From assembly GCA_963777955.1 (NCBI GenBank), contig CAVZSQ010000013.1, positions 64,001 to 128,000 of the forward strand: DNA of 64,000 nt, read 5' to 3'. The position numbers were made by a program, and so were the translations under genes. Under the pieces are notes generated by a model. The model saw only the letters and a list, made by a program, of their open reading frames with translations. It was not told the DNA's origin and ran no database searches. Shown here piece by piece: positions 52,431 to 62,270 of this stretch. The stretch is from Calditrichia bacterium (GTDB lineage: Bacteria; Calditrichota; Calditrichia; JAJRVZ01). Positions within the stretch are counted from its first letter, which is position 1, and each line of letters begins with the position of its first letter.

Positions 52431-54569
52431 TTATTTTTTAATGGTATTCATTTTTAATTTAATTACGATCTGCCATTTGTCCTTAAGCTCTACCCGCCAG
52501 TTAGGGCATACCGCTGAACTCTGGTAAACTCTTTCGAATCCGGCTTCTGACTGAGAAATAGTTTCAATCGGAAAACGCCAGATTGTGCTCTTTTCACTCA
52601 CTTCCAGTTGCAGATCCATTTTACGCCATTCATCGCGCAAGCCGATAAATTGTACATCAGGGAGTTCTGCGCTGCTGTCCAGATAGGCATCTCCGATTTT
52701 CCCTGTTTTGAGATAATAGTAACGGTCATCGGCATGGCCGGCCTGCAAAGCAAAATTAAACTCCACTCCAAACCATAACTGCAATGGATTTTTGCCGTTA
52801 TTGGTTAAAGTATAATACGCAGTAATCGTACCATTGTTGTTAGAAAATTTAATATTCTTATCGATCCGCACCATTTCCTGTTCACCACGGTATCCGACCT
52901 TACCAAGGCGGGATAGTTGCACGCTGGCCATGTCCGGGCTGGTTTGCCTGGAGCGGATTTTATACTCCTGGTTAAAAAAATCACCCATTTCCTGATATTG
53001 TGCGGAGGCGAAAGATTGCAGGGTGGTATTTTCATTGAAAAAGTGGTCGATAAATGATTTTCGCTCATAAAAATCATAATGCAATTTGGAAAGCAGATTG
53101 GGTTCCTTGGCCAATATCAGATCATGGATACTTGCTGTTCTCTGGCTTTCATTGCCAGGTACCACGGCTGCTGCCAGTTTTTTATGATAACCTTCCTTAC
53201 GCCGGGTCATGGTATCGAGGATATTTTTTGCTACAGGCTTATAATCCAGTTCGTATAGCATTCCACCATGGATTAAACTGAAATAAGCATTATAATTCTT
53301 TGTTTCTACGATCAACTCGGCAGATCCGTCAACATTCAGATCGGTTAATTCAATCCTGGGCCTTTTAGCCCGGGTCAGTTTATCAACTATTGTTTCAGCC
53401 TGGATCAAATTAGTATAAATAGCATCGCGCAGGTGGCTTAGATAGAGACCGCCGAAGACTCCATGCCAGTAAGGACAGTTGCACTGGCCGGCCCATAGTT
53501 TTTTAAAAGCGGGGCGGGCGGCCTTTTGCTGCTGAGCGGCAGATAAACTCCAGAGTTTCTTACTTACCCGCAGCATTTTTTTATGCATATTATTGACCTC
53601 GGTGTACTTGGCTAAAAAATTGCGCCAGAATCCACCCCGGACAAAAACATGAAAATCTTCATAGACATTTTTCGATTTCAGGTAATGTTCAAAATCTTCA
53701 TAGGCCTGGAAGGTGTCCGGAAACAAAGACCAGTGCATCATTTCGGCATAGGAGGCAGTCGGTAAATAAATCTTACCCCGTGGTTTAAAAAGCCGCATGG
53801 CGTCACTGAAATGTATCATATTTATCCAGGAACTGTTTTCGGTCAACAAGCGAAAAAATCTTTCTAACCATTTATCATGATATACATGCTGATGAGTATG
53901 GGGCCAGACTCCGAATTTTTCACCATCATCGGCAAAGACCATGATATTCTCACCATCCTCGCTGGCCATGGCGGCAAGATGTTCGATTGTCTTTTCCGGA
54001 TCCTCAAATGGTATGGTATAACGTAAGCGTTTGCTGATGGGGAACAAGACCACAGCATTGCCCAGATCTTCGGTAAGATAATAACCGATTAACTGGTCAT
54101 CAGTCAACCCGGCATATTTAAAATGTGTATCGTCAATAACCGTGTAACTCACACCCGCTTTAACCAGCGAAGTAGGCATGGTCGGCTCCCAGACCCTCTC
54201 GGCCAGCCACATTCCGCGCGGCTCATAATCGAACAGGTCTGCGACGGTCCGGGTCAGCATCTGAATTTGCCCGATGCGGTCCTTTTCCGGAATAATACTG
54301 AGAATGGGTTCATAATAACCGCCGGTCATCATTTCAATCTGGCCGCGCTTTACCAGTTTGCTGATCGTGCCGAGCAAGCCCGGCCGGTGCTCTTTCAACC
54401 AGTCGATTAATATTCCGGTAAAATGCAGGCCGATTTTTATATTCGGAAAATTTTCCAGCACCTGCAAAAACGGATGGTAGGCCTGGTCATAGGCATCACT
54501 GAAGACAAAATCAAAATTGCCGACCGGTTGATGATTGTGAATCCCGAACAAAAAATTAATCTTTTTCAT
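52431..54569 (-). CDS. GH57 alpha-amylase / 4-alpha-glucanotransferase
   Basis: HNHQPVGN, GMWLAERVW, DDGEKFG, QCNCPYWHGVFGG, SQSEAGFE. Confidence 0.93.
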   Translation of the reverse strand: MKKINFLFGIHNHQPVGNFDFVFSDAYDQAYHPFLQVLENFPNIKIGLHFTGILIDWLKEHRPGLLGTISKLVKRGQIEMMTGGYYEPILSIIPEKDRIGQIQMLTRTVADLFDYEPRGMWLAERVWEPTMPTSLVKAGVSYTVIDDTHFKYAGLTDDQLIGYYLTEDLGNAVVLFPISKRLRYTIPFEDPEKTIEHLAAMASEDGENIMVFADDGEKFGVWPHTHQHVYHDKWLERFFRLLTENSSWINMIHFSDAMRLFKPRGKIYLPTASYAEMMHWSLFPDTFQAYEDFEHYLKSKNVYEDFHVFVRGGFWRNFLAKYTEVNNMHKKMLRVSKKLWSLSAAQQQKAARPAFKKLWAGQCNCPYWHGVFGGLYLSHLRDAIYTNLIQAETIVDKLTRAKRPRIELTDLNVDGSAELIVETKNYNAYFSLIHGGMLYELDYKPVAKNILDTMTRRKEGYHKKLAAAVVPGNESQRTASIHDLILAKEPNLLSKLHYDFYERKSFIDHFFNENTTLQSFASAQYQEMGDFFNQEYKIRSRQTSPDMASVQLSRLGKVGYRGEQEMVRIDKNIKFSNNNGTITAYYTLTNNGKNPLQLWFGVEFNFALQAGHADDRYYYLKTGKIGDAYLDSSAELPDVQFIGLRDEWRKMDLQLEVSEKSTIWRFPIETISQSEAGFERVYQSSAVCPNWRVELKDKWQIVIKLKMNTIKK

Positions 54570-55429
54570 CGCCTGTCTTTCTCCAAAAAGTGAAATCCGA
54601 TTAATTTCGATATCAACTTTGCTACCATAAAATCAGGGTGCTTTAAAGTTGGTATGGGACTCAGTTCAACCACATCGAATCCCAGCACATTCCGTTGTTG
54701 GAAAACCCGTCGCAGAAAATTCAGTGTTTCATACCAGAAGAAACCGCCCGGTTCCGGTGTGCCGGTACTGGGCATGATGGCCGGATCAAAAAAATCAACA
54801 TCGACAGTCAAATAGATATTCTTGTCCATTTTTTTTATCAGGGTATCGCTGAATCCGTTTTTAATCAACTGATGTGCATAATATATGGAAATTTTGTTTT
54901 GTTTAATGAATTCACGCTCTTCGATACACTGGGCCCGTACACCCAGCTGAACTATTTTATGGTTCTGTTCCCAGATCCGCCGCATGGTGGCAGCATGACT
55001 ATAAAGTGAATTTTCATACTCCATGCGCAGATCAGAATGGGCATCCAGTTGCAAAACCGAAAGATTTCTATAGCGGCTATGATAGGCCCGGTATACTGCG
55101 GCGGAAATACTGTGTTCTCCTCCCAGTACCACTACAAATTTATTATTCTGCAATAACGCCTTTACCTGAGCGGTGATGGTATCCATAATCCCGGCCGGAT
55201 CACCCCGAAATTCCATGGCCGGCAGGGTATGGATTCCTTTTGTGCAAATCTCCAGATCCAATTCTTCATCGTAAAGTTCTACGAATCCCGATGCGGCCAG
55301 AATCGCCTGCGGACCGGCGGCTGTACCTTTGCCATAACTGGTGGAAAATTCAACCGGTAGTGGTAAGATGACCACCTGCGCCTGCTCAAAACTGGTATTT
55401 ATATTATCTTCGCCTAAAAACTGCATCAT
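54566..55429 (-). CDS. speB: Agmatinase
   Basis: GGEHS, DAHSDLR, DVDFFDP..MPSTGTPEPGG, DVVEL; ATG overlaps the pdaD stop. Confidence 0.94.
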   Translation of the reverse strand: MMQFLGEDNINTSFEQAQVVILPLPVEFSTSYGKGTAAGPQAILAASGFVELYDEELDLEICTKGIHTLPAMEFRGDPAGIMDTITAQVKALLQNNKFVVVLGGEHSISAAVYRAYHSRYRNLSVLQLDAHSDLRMEYENSLYSHAATMRRIWEQNHKIVQLGVRAQCIEEREFIKQNKISIYYAHQLIKNGFSDTLIKKMDKNIYLTVDVDFFDPAIMPSTGTPEPGGFFWYETLNFLRRVFQQRNVLGFDVVELSPIPTLKHPDFMVAKLISKLIGFHFLEKDRR

Positions 55430-55971
55430 GGTAATAATACCGCAGCCGCAATTACCGAAGTCCATAATCCGTTTTTATCGCCGATAGCAGTCTGAGTAAT
55501 GTTGGTAGATTTGACTATCTCTCCGCTGATTTTCCATTGCTGCCGTTTTTCATCCCAGCTGCTATCCATATTGAATTGAACACCCAGAATCGTGGCCAGC
55601 ATTTCCGCAGCAATATCTTCCGCATAGTCGCCGGCGATATCATTGGTCTGGCCGAAACAATGGTGTTCACTCAGGTAACCGTACATGCTGGGATCCTTCG
55701 GGATCGCCAGACCCACCGAAGCACCGATCAGCCGGTTAGGTTCATTGGTCTCATTACGGCTGTAAACGGCATGTAAAATCTGACCGGCCTTGGTCATTTT
55801 TAAGCCTTTTTTCAGCGGAATGATCCTGCAGCGCGGAGGGAAAATACTTGATACTCCAACCAGATTAAAAGATGCAATTTTAGCATCACGTAATGCCATT
55901 TCAAAACTGGTAAGACGTTCACGATGCTTACCCACACCTTTGGTCAGAAAAATTTTTCTAGGTACATACAA
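55426..55971 (-). CDS. pdaD: Pyruvoyl-dependent arginine decarboxylase
   Basis: SFEMALRDA, NLVGVSSIFPP (Ser-Ser cleavage site), YGYLSEH; directly upstream of agmatinase. Confidence 0.92.
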   Translation of the reverse strand: MYVPRKIFLTKGVGKHRERLTSFEMALRDAKIASFNLVGVSSIFPPRCRIIPLKKGLKMTKAGQILHAVYSRNETNEPNRLIGASVGLAIPKDPSMYGYLSEHHCFGQTNDIAGDYAEDIAAEMLATILGVQFNMDSSWDEKRQQWKISGEIVKSTNITQTAIGDKNGLWTSVIAAAVLLP

Positions 55972-55988
55972 TTTTCAATTCCTCCTTA

Positions 55989-56882
55989 TTAGATATCTTC
56001 GCTTTTTTCCCACTCTTGCAGAATCCGGCGATTACGAATTTTTATCATTATAAAGCCGCATAAAACTAAAATTACCAGCATTATCCAGAAGAGATTCTTA
56101 ACCTGCAATAGTAAAGCCCAGCGGTATTGCTGATGGATATATTGCTGCAAATCCCGGTTGAACTGACCGGCAGCAGTTCCGTCGTAGACCTGTTCGAAAA
56201 CCTGTTCCCAGTTATTGCCTGCGGCCAGCCCGTCAAGTAAATTACCGATCACCTTTTCGCCGGAATTACGGATCAGAAACTGAACCGCCAATAACGATTG
56301 CGCGTAGGCCAGTTGGGCTTTGGCCGATCCAAAGACCAGCATCCGGTCCACCTCCTGCAGATCAAGCAGATTTGCGCTGATCACGGCACTGCTGATGACC
56401 AGATGATCATTCCAGGAGAAAGTTCTGCCGCTCAGCTGCATGGCCAGTCCTTCATTGAACCACAAAGGCACCCGGCAGGTATCGGCTTTATCCGCCAGGT
56501 AGATATGGGCCAACTCATGTAATAACACTTCGCGGTATTCCCGCGGATCAAAAAAGCCTGACGGCGGCGGTCTTAAGATCACCTTACGTTCATCAGGAAA
56601 AGCAACTCCACCGCTCCAGTCGGGCAAGGCGGATTCACTCAGTTTAAAATAGTCTTCGTCATTTTGCGGTATATAAATCTGCACATCCCGCCGCAGCTGC
56701 CGCGGAGTAAAATGAAATACCTCCTGAAACACAGGTTCATTTTCCATCAAGATCCGGTTGAGGTCTCTGACGATCAACGAATCTGCCGGCGGAGCTAAAA
56801 ATGAATACCGACCGTACTTTTTCACTGCCAAATTATCTGATTGTACCGCTAATGCAAAAAAAACCAATAAAATAAGTTTCAA
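55989..56882 (-). CDS. Peptidase MA-like zinc metallohydrolase, membrane-anchored
   Basis: HELAH, PLWFNEGLA, C-terminal TM helix. Confidence 0.82.
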   Translation of the reverse strand: MKLILLVFFALAVQSDNLAVKKYGRYSFLAPPADSLIVRDLNRILMENEPVFQEVFHFTPRQLRRDVQIYIPQNDEDYFKLSESALPDWSGGVAFPDERKVILRPPPSGFFDPREYREVLLHELAHIYLADKADTCRVPLWFNEGLAMQLSGRTFSWNDHLVISSAVISANLLDLQEVDRMLVFGSAKAQLAYAQSLLAVQFLIRNSGEKVIGNLLDGLAAGNNWEQVFEQVYDGTAAGQFNRDLQQYIHQQYRWALLLQVKNLFWIMLVILVLCGFIMIKIRNRRILQEWEKSEDI

Positions 56883-56937
56883 ATTTAATTTTTTTTAACT
56901 GTTTCTACAATACTATTTTTAAAATCATTGTACTTCT

Positions 56938-58233
56938 TTAGTCCTGTATTTCCGCCTGGGCTGCAGCCCTGATGCCGCTGGCCAGATCCACATCCTTCAG
57001 CACAATCATCCCGCTTATAAAAAATATTATTAAGGCCAGTATACTCAGACGGCTGGAACCGGTAAATTGTGCAATCACTCCGAAAATAGCCGGTCCGAGA
57101 ATACCTGAGAATTTTTCACTGACATCATAAAATCCGAAAAACTCGGCCGAGCGCTCCCTGGGTGTCATCAGACCGAACAGCGAACGGCTCAGTGCCTGCG
57201 TGCCGCCCTGGACCATGCTGATCAGAACGGCCAGAATCCAGAAATGAAGGGGTTGCCTCATGAACAGGCCAAGAATGCAGATACCTGTATAAATAACCAA
57301 TCCTGCATAAATGGCCTTTTTAGCTGATATCTTCTCGGCCAGGCGACCGAATAACAGGGTGAACGGTATACCCAGGAATTGTACCAGCAGTACTGCTCCG
57401 AGCAGATCCTTTTCACCAATACCAATCTCCGAACCGAAGATCACGGCCATTACAATAATGGTGCCGATGCCATCGTTGTAAAGCCAGTAGGCAATCAACA
57501 AGCGGAAAGCCTGTTTAAACTGCCTGATCCTGCTGAAGGTCAATTTGATCCGTTTAAATCCTGCACGCAGTACATTCATTCTGGCCGGGCGGTCGGCCTT
57601 ACGGGCCAGTGGTTCTTTTACATTGATCCACAGCGGTAATGAAAATAATCCCCACCACAAAGCCACTGTAATGAAACACCAGCGGGTCGCCAATGAACTA
57701 TCCGCGATGAAAAAGACCTGTGGCCACAATATCATGGCCATATTTACCGATAAAAGTAAACCGCCGCCCAGATAGCCCAGGGCATAACCCAGCGTGGACA
57801 CCCGGTCAATATTGCTGCTGTCACTGATATGAGGTAATAAAGAGTCATAAAATACGATGGAACTGGAAAATCCAATACGTCCGACGATATAATAGAAAGA
57901 GGCCAGCAACCAGTCCCCCTGTTGTATGGAAAAAAGCATGGCGGTAGCCAGGATGCCCAGTATGGCGAAGGTCGTCAAAAATTTAATCTTGGCCCGCATG
58001 TAATCCGCTACTGCACCCAGAATAGGAGATAAAACCGCTACAGTCAGCATGGCTATCGTATTGGTATAACCCCAATAACTGCTGGCTGTGGCTGGTGTCA
58101 GATTTGCCGCAGCAACTTTACTATAGTATGCGGGTAGTACCGAAGCCATGATGGTAGCGGCAAATGCCGAATTAGCCCAGTCGTACATAGCCCAACTATA
58201 TATGTACTTGCGATTGGTGCTATTGGCTTGCAT
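56938..58233 (-). CDS. MFS transporter (Atg22/UMF1-like)
   Basis: SWAMYDWANSAF, GGTQALSRS, EFFGFY; about 12 TM segments. Confidence 0.9.
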   Translation of the reverse strand: MQANSTNRKYIYSWAMYDWANSAFAATIMASVLPAYYSKVAAANLTPATASSYWGYTNTIAMLTVAVLSPILGAVADYMRAKIKFLTTFAILGILATAMLFSIQQGDWLLASFYYIVGRIGFSSSIVFYDSLLPHISDSSNIDRVSTLGYALGYLGGGLLLSVNMAMILWPQVFFIADSSLATRWCFITVALWWGLFSLPLWINVKEPLARKADRPARMNVLRAGFKRIKLTFSRIRQFKQAFRLLIAYWLYNDGIGTIIVMAVIFGSEIGIGEKDLLGAVLLVQFLGIPFTLLFGRLAEKISAKKAIYAGLVIYTGICILGLFMRQPLHFWILAVLISMVQGGTQALSRSLFGLMTPRERSAEFFGFYDVSEKFSGILGPAIFGVIAQFTGSSRLSILALIIFFISGMIVLKDVDLASGIRAAAQAEIQD

Positions 58234-58347
58234 TTCCAGGTCTTAGTGGCTATTTGGTGATAAAAAGTCCGTATTACTCAGACGTTTTGCTGTTAAGGTA
58301 AGAGCAGCGGGGGTATGGACAACTCTTTCATCAGGTGCAAAGTTATT

Positions 58348-58378
58348 AAAAAAAAACCCCCACCCGTACTGTGGAGGT
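58348..58378 (-). terminator. Intrinsic terminator after mglA
   Basis: Minus strand acctccac-agtacgg-gtgggggt followed by a T-tract. Confidence 0.75.
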
Positions 58379-58383
58379 ATTGA

Positions 58384-58968
58384 TTATAACTGATTTTGTA
58401 CGTTTTGTACGACTTTATTGATCACTGACTTCAGTGTGTTGAATACGCCATCACCGCGGACCGCAACCCCTTCAAAATAGGGTACACTGAAGAAGTTCAA
58501 CTTCTTCTGCAGGGCTTCCATAGATTCCACTCCCGGCAAGTCTCGTTTGTTAAATTGAATAACCCAGGGGAATGCTTCCAGAGAATGTCCATCCTGCTTA
58601 AGATTGTTTTCCAGATCCAGCAATGTTTCAATATTGGCTTCCATGCGGTGCGGTTGGGAATCGGCGACGAAGACGATACCGTCAACCCCGTTAAGAATTA
58701 CTTTTCGGCTGGAAGCATAATATACCTGCCCCGGCACAGTATATAAATTGAATTTTGGTTTTTTCCCCTTGATGCGTCCCACTTCAATTTGCATGAAATC
58801 AAAGAATATCGTACGATCTTCTTTCGTTTTCAGAGATACCAGTTCACCCGCAAGCGATGGATCCAGTTTGGAGTGAATATACTCCAGATTGGTGGTTTTA
58901 CCACTCATGCCCGGTCCATAATAAACGATCTTTAGGTTAATTTCTTGGAGCGCCCAATTGATAAACAT
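58384..58968 (-). CDS. mglA: MglA-family small Ras-like GTPase
   Basis: KIVYYGPGMSGKTTN, DRTIFFDF, YTVPGQVYY, DGIVFVADS, NKRD. Confidence 0.95.
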   Translation of the reverse strand: MFINWALQEINLKIVYYGPGMSGKTTNLEYIHSKLDPSLAGELVSLKTKEDRTIFFDFMQIEVGRIKGKKPKFNLYTVPGQVYYASSRKVILNGVDGIVFVADSQPHRMEANIETLLDLENNLKQDGHSLEAFPWVIQFNKRDLPGVESMEALQKKLNFFSVPYFEGVAVRGDGVFNTLKSVINKVVQNVQNQL

Positions 58969-59007
58969 TAGTTCCTCTCACAGTTATCAAATTCAGCTAA
59001 GATTTTT

Positions 59008-59532
59008 TTATTTAAAGGTCTCATCCAAAGCATCACCCAACAGCGAACTAAAGTCGGAATCAATCATATCTTTTTCACCTTCAATTTCTTCACTTTCTTC
59101 CAGAATTTCCAGCAAACCCTGAATCGCTTTCTTAGTATAAATGCGGATCAGGCCCAGCGTGACATTGACATCAAATACGACCACCAGGAAGAAATAATCA
59201 CCAACATTGGAAAGATAGACATTCCGTTTCTCCCCTTCATGGAAGAGCAACTTGAATTTTGCTTCTTCCCCGACCAGTTTAGCCATTTCAGCCGTGGCAG
59301 CAAAATCGCTGGCCGCCAGAGCCGACAGGACGGTAGTATTCATATTCTCCGTATTCCCGCGCTGACTGATCAGCTGGCCGCTCATATCAGCGAACAAAAT
59401 TGCTGATGCTTTGGTTTTGCTGGCTAACTCGGAAAGTGTTTTGGTCACGCCCTCATACTGCTTACCGTTAAGAATAATCTGACGGCTGCCGTCTTTCAGT
59501 TTTTTTGTACGTACCATATCCTCTATCCCCAC
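59008..59532 (-). CDS. mglB: MglB-like Roadblock/LC7 protein (GAP)
   Basis: DMSGQLIS, LSALAASDFAAT.EMAKLVGE..F..LFHEG, LGLIR; acidic tail; adjacent to mglA. Confidence 0.9.
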   Translation of the reverse strand: MGIEDMVRTKKLKDGSRQIILNGKQYEGVTKTLSELASKTKASAILFADMSGQLISQRGNTENMNTTVLSALAASDFAATAEMAKLVGEEAKFKLLFHEGEKRNVYLSNVGDYFFLVVVFDVNVTLGLIRIYTKKAIQGLLEILEESEEIEGEKDMIDSDFSSLLGDALDETFK

Positions 59533-59538
59533 ATTTAT

Positions 59539-60288
59539 TTAAATGCTCATGGATTTAGTCTTATCTAATCTCGTCAAAGCGATTTTCAGACTTTCCCGTA
59601 ACCGTTCCACCGATTCAGCCATGTAGTTGATCTCATCATTGGTTTTAATAGTGATCTTTTCGCCCAAATTGCCGCTGCTGATCTCGGTGGCCCGGTCGGC
59701 CAGATGGATTATCGGCCGGATAATTCTGTTGGAAATAAAATAAACAATAATAATACCCAGTACCGTAACCAGAATGATACTGATGATGATATAGGTATTG
59801 GTTTGTTTGACCCTTTCCGCAATATAACTCTGTTTCATCCCGATGCGAATAAAACCCAGACTCCCTTCGGCAACCCCCACGGCTACATCATAACATTGCA
59901 CAGCGGCAGATCTCAAATGAATTAACGGCGGATTGCTATTATTTATTTCAGAAGATATCTGGCGGGTGGTCAATTCTGCCGGTACGTCTCCATTAAATGT
60001 ATCAGCAATAATGCGCCGCTGGCCGTCCTGCACCAGTATATATTCTACACTCTCGTAAGCTAAAGAATTAGCCAGTGTTTGCCGCAAGCCAACCGAATCC
60101 TTCTCCATTATCATTTCAGAACTGTAGCGGGCTAAATCAGTAGCGATGGTCTGCCCTCGTTCAATAACTTCTTTCTTTAAACTTGTAGTAACCGTTTTTT
60201 GAACAATAAAAATAATGACCAGTCCTAAAAACAGGTTACTTAAAATCAAAATACCGCTTATTTTCCAACGCAGACTTAAAAATTTCAT
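59539..60288 (-). CDS. Membrane sensor with HAMP domain and no output domain
   Basis: Two TM helices around a periplasmic domain, HAMP (IIRPI..L...ATEISSGNL...NDEI), ends shortly after. Confidence 0.85.
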   Translation of the reverse strand: MKFLSLRWKISGILILSNLFLGLVIIFIVQKTVTTSLKKEVIERGQTIATDLARYSSEMIMEKDSVGLRQTLANSLAYESVEYILVQDGQRRIIADTFNGDVPAELTTRQISSEINNSNPPLIHLRSAAVQCYDVAVGVAEGSLGFIRIGMKQSYIAERVKQTNTYIIISIILVTVLGIIIVYFISNRIIRPIIHLADRATEISSGNLGEKITIKTNDEINYMAESVERLRESLKIALTRLDKTKSMSI

Positions 60289-60554
60289 AACTGCTTTATA
60301 TATTCAAGCATATCCTGCTGAAATTTCAATCGTTTATCTTCATCGGCAATCTGATGGCTGATCGCCTCGGTCAACAGTGCAGCGTTTGCCCCGCTCACCT
60401 GGCTGCGCTCGGTATTCAAGTCAGACAAAACATCATCAATAATATAGGAAGCAACTGGACCAATATTTTTCACCAGTACCTCTTCCAGTCGCTTGAAAAA
60501 ATCCTCCCGGATAAACTTTATGGACTGGTTTGCCACCTGCTGCGAATTTACCAA
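60285..60554 (-). CDS. Small helical hypothetical protein
   Basis: IGPVASYIIDD...L.EAIS..I.D..KR.KF; stop overlaps the next start. Confidence 0.7.
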   Translation of the reverse strand: MVNSQQVANQSIKFIREDFFKRLEEVLVKNIGPVASYIIDDVLSDLNTERSQVSGANAALLTEAISHQIADEDKRLKFQQDMLEYIKQL

Positions 60555-60671
60555 ATTTAATTTTTTTGTCCCCTGGCCAGTTTAACTTTGCCCGGCTGTA
60601 TTGCTTTCCCGGCCCGATCTGGCAAACTGACTTAGGATATTTTATTTTTTTAATATAATAGTAATTAAAAT

Positions 60672-61115
60672 TTATTGCAATTTAGAAATTAAATTTATTT
60701 CCTTGGTCTCCAGTTGTTCCGGGATCAATTTGGGCGGTTTTTCCTCCAGATATTTTTTAATTTGCTTGATAAATTTTTTATCTTCCAGCAGATGAGCCAT
60801 GACAACATTTAGTGTAATTCGTAACAAAGGCATGATGCGATCCTGGGAACAATAAGTAATCAGGAGCAAGCCATTCTTGATCATGATGATTAAATTATAA
60901 TCCGCCCACTTAATCTCCACTTCTTTCACCGTGCGGTTGATTTTTTGATGAATCAGCAGAATACGGATTATTTTTTGGGCTATCTTTTCTGAAGTAGCCT
61001 GATCAAAATTCAAACCTATTTTACCGATCACATTGCCGGCCTGGCTGGTTAAGAGCACCCCTTCCACACCAGTGATACTCAGTATTTCCTGAAACCACTT
61101 ATTATCTTCTAACAT
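60672..61115 (-). CDS. Divergent Roadblock/LC7-like protein
   Basis: ITGVEGVLLTSQAGNVI...MPLLRITL pattern. Confidence 0.65.
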   Translation of the reverse strand: MLEDNKWFQEILSITGVEGVLLTSQAGNVIGKIGLNFDQATSEKIAQKIIRILLIHQKINRTVKEVEIKWADYNLIIMIKNGLLLITYCSQDRIMPLLRITLNVVMAHLLEDKKFIKQIKKYLEEKPPKLIPEQLETKEINLISKLQ

Positions 61116-61175
61116 TGCACCTTTCCAGCAAAGTGATTCGTGTTATCCCAAGCTGCAGCCTGATCACGTGATAAT

Positions 61176-61817
61176 TCAGGCATTCAACACCTCTTCGACC
61201 AAAGCTAAAACGGTATCCAGCTGGTACTTGGTCTCGATATCCAGATAAACCAGATTCTGTTTATAAAAAGCCAGTAATATACGGTTCTGGGTGGTATTCA
61301 GACTGATGAAGCGGGGATTTTCTCTGCTCATCAGCGTCCCTATCTTTTCAACCTGCAGCAAAGTAAAGGCAGCCAGAACCGATAATCCATTGATGCGGGT
61401 GTTACTGGCCAGAATCTCACCATCCTGATTAATAATCGCTGTATTCCTGACCCCTTTGATATTCATTAACATACTCAATAAATGCAAATTCTTGCTTTCA
61501 GCGCTGATTTCCAGAGTGTCCAGGTGATGAAGACCCTTGAGCAGTAAACTGTTCCAGGGAATATTGATCGTGATGATCGGTGGACGCACATTATTCTCCA
61601 CCCTGAATTTACCTTCCTGTAAGGCCAGCATTTTAAACAGCGCATCTTCACCAACGTCAGGATCTAATTCGGCATGAACTACATTACCATCCTGAAAGTA
61701 CACAAAACCATATTTACCGGCATACTCAATGGTGAGTTTGGAGGTATTCTTCTCCATACAATTCAGCTGGATCAGATTGGGTAATCTGAGATCGCGGAGA
61801 TTGCCTACTAAAGCCAT
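61176..61817 (-). CDS. DUF4388 (PATAN-like) plus Roadblock-like fusion protein
   Basis: MALVGNLRDLRLPNLIQL, GFVYFQDGNVVHA, GEDAL; C-terminal IKGVRNTAIINQDGEILA. Confidence 0.82.
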   Translation of the reverse strand: MALVGNLRDLRLPNLIQLNCMEKNTSKLTIEYAGKYGFVYFQDGNVVHAELDPDVGEDALFKMLALQEGKFRVENNVRPPIITINIPWNSLLLKGLHHLDTLEISAESKNLHLLSMLMNIKGVRNTAIINQDGEILASNTRINGLSVLAAFTLLQVEKIGTLMSRENPRFISLNTTQNRILLAFYKQNLVYLDIETKYQLDTVLALVEEVLNA

Positions 61818-61819
61818 AA

Positions 61820-62191
61820 TTATTTCAAAATATCCATAACTAGTTGTCTTATTTCTTTCATTTCAAAAGGTTTTTCCAGATAAAATCTGGCACCTTTTCT
61901 CATGGCTTCCTCTTTCTTGTCATCGGAACCAAAGGCAGTCATGATAATCACTTCCAGATGCGGATAATGCTTCTTAATCTGTTCCAGCAATTCCAGACCG
62001 TCCATGCCCGGCATCCTGATATCGCTTATTACCAGATCGAACTTTTCACGATTTATTTTTTCCCAGGCTTCATCGCCCGAGCCGGCAGTGACAACCTCAT
62101 AATTCTGTTTAGCCAGAATAAAACATTGATAAAGACTGAAGGTCAGAGTTTCTTCATCATCTACAATCAGCAATTTTTTTGCTTCATCCAT
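61820..62191 (-). CDS. Stand-alone response regulator receiver
   Basis: LIVDDE, DIRMPGMDG, MTAFG, KPF. Confidence 0.95.
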   Translation of the reverse strand: MDEAKKLLIVDDEETLTFSLYQCFILAKQNYEVVTAGSGDEAWEKINREKFDLVISDIRMPGMDGLELLEQIKKHYPHLEVIIMTAFGSDDKKEEAMRKGARFYLEKPFEMKEIRQLVMDILK

Positions 62192-62270
62192 AACAGTAAT
62201 TCCGTTCCTTGCTTAGTACTACTTATTGTTTATTTCGCTTACCTTGTGACCGCCGCAGGTCGAAGATCGA

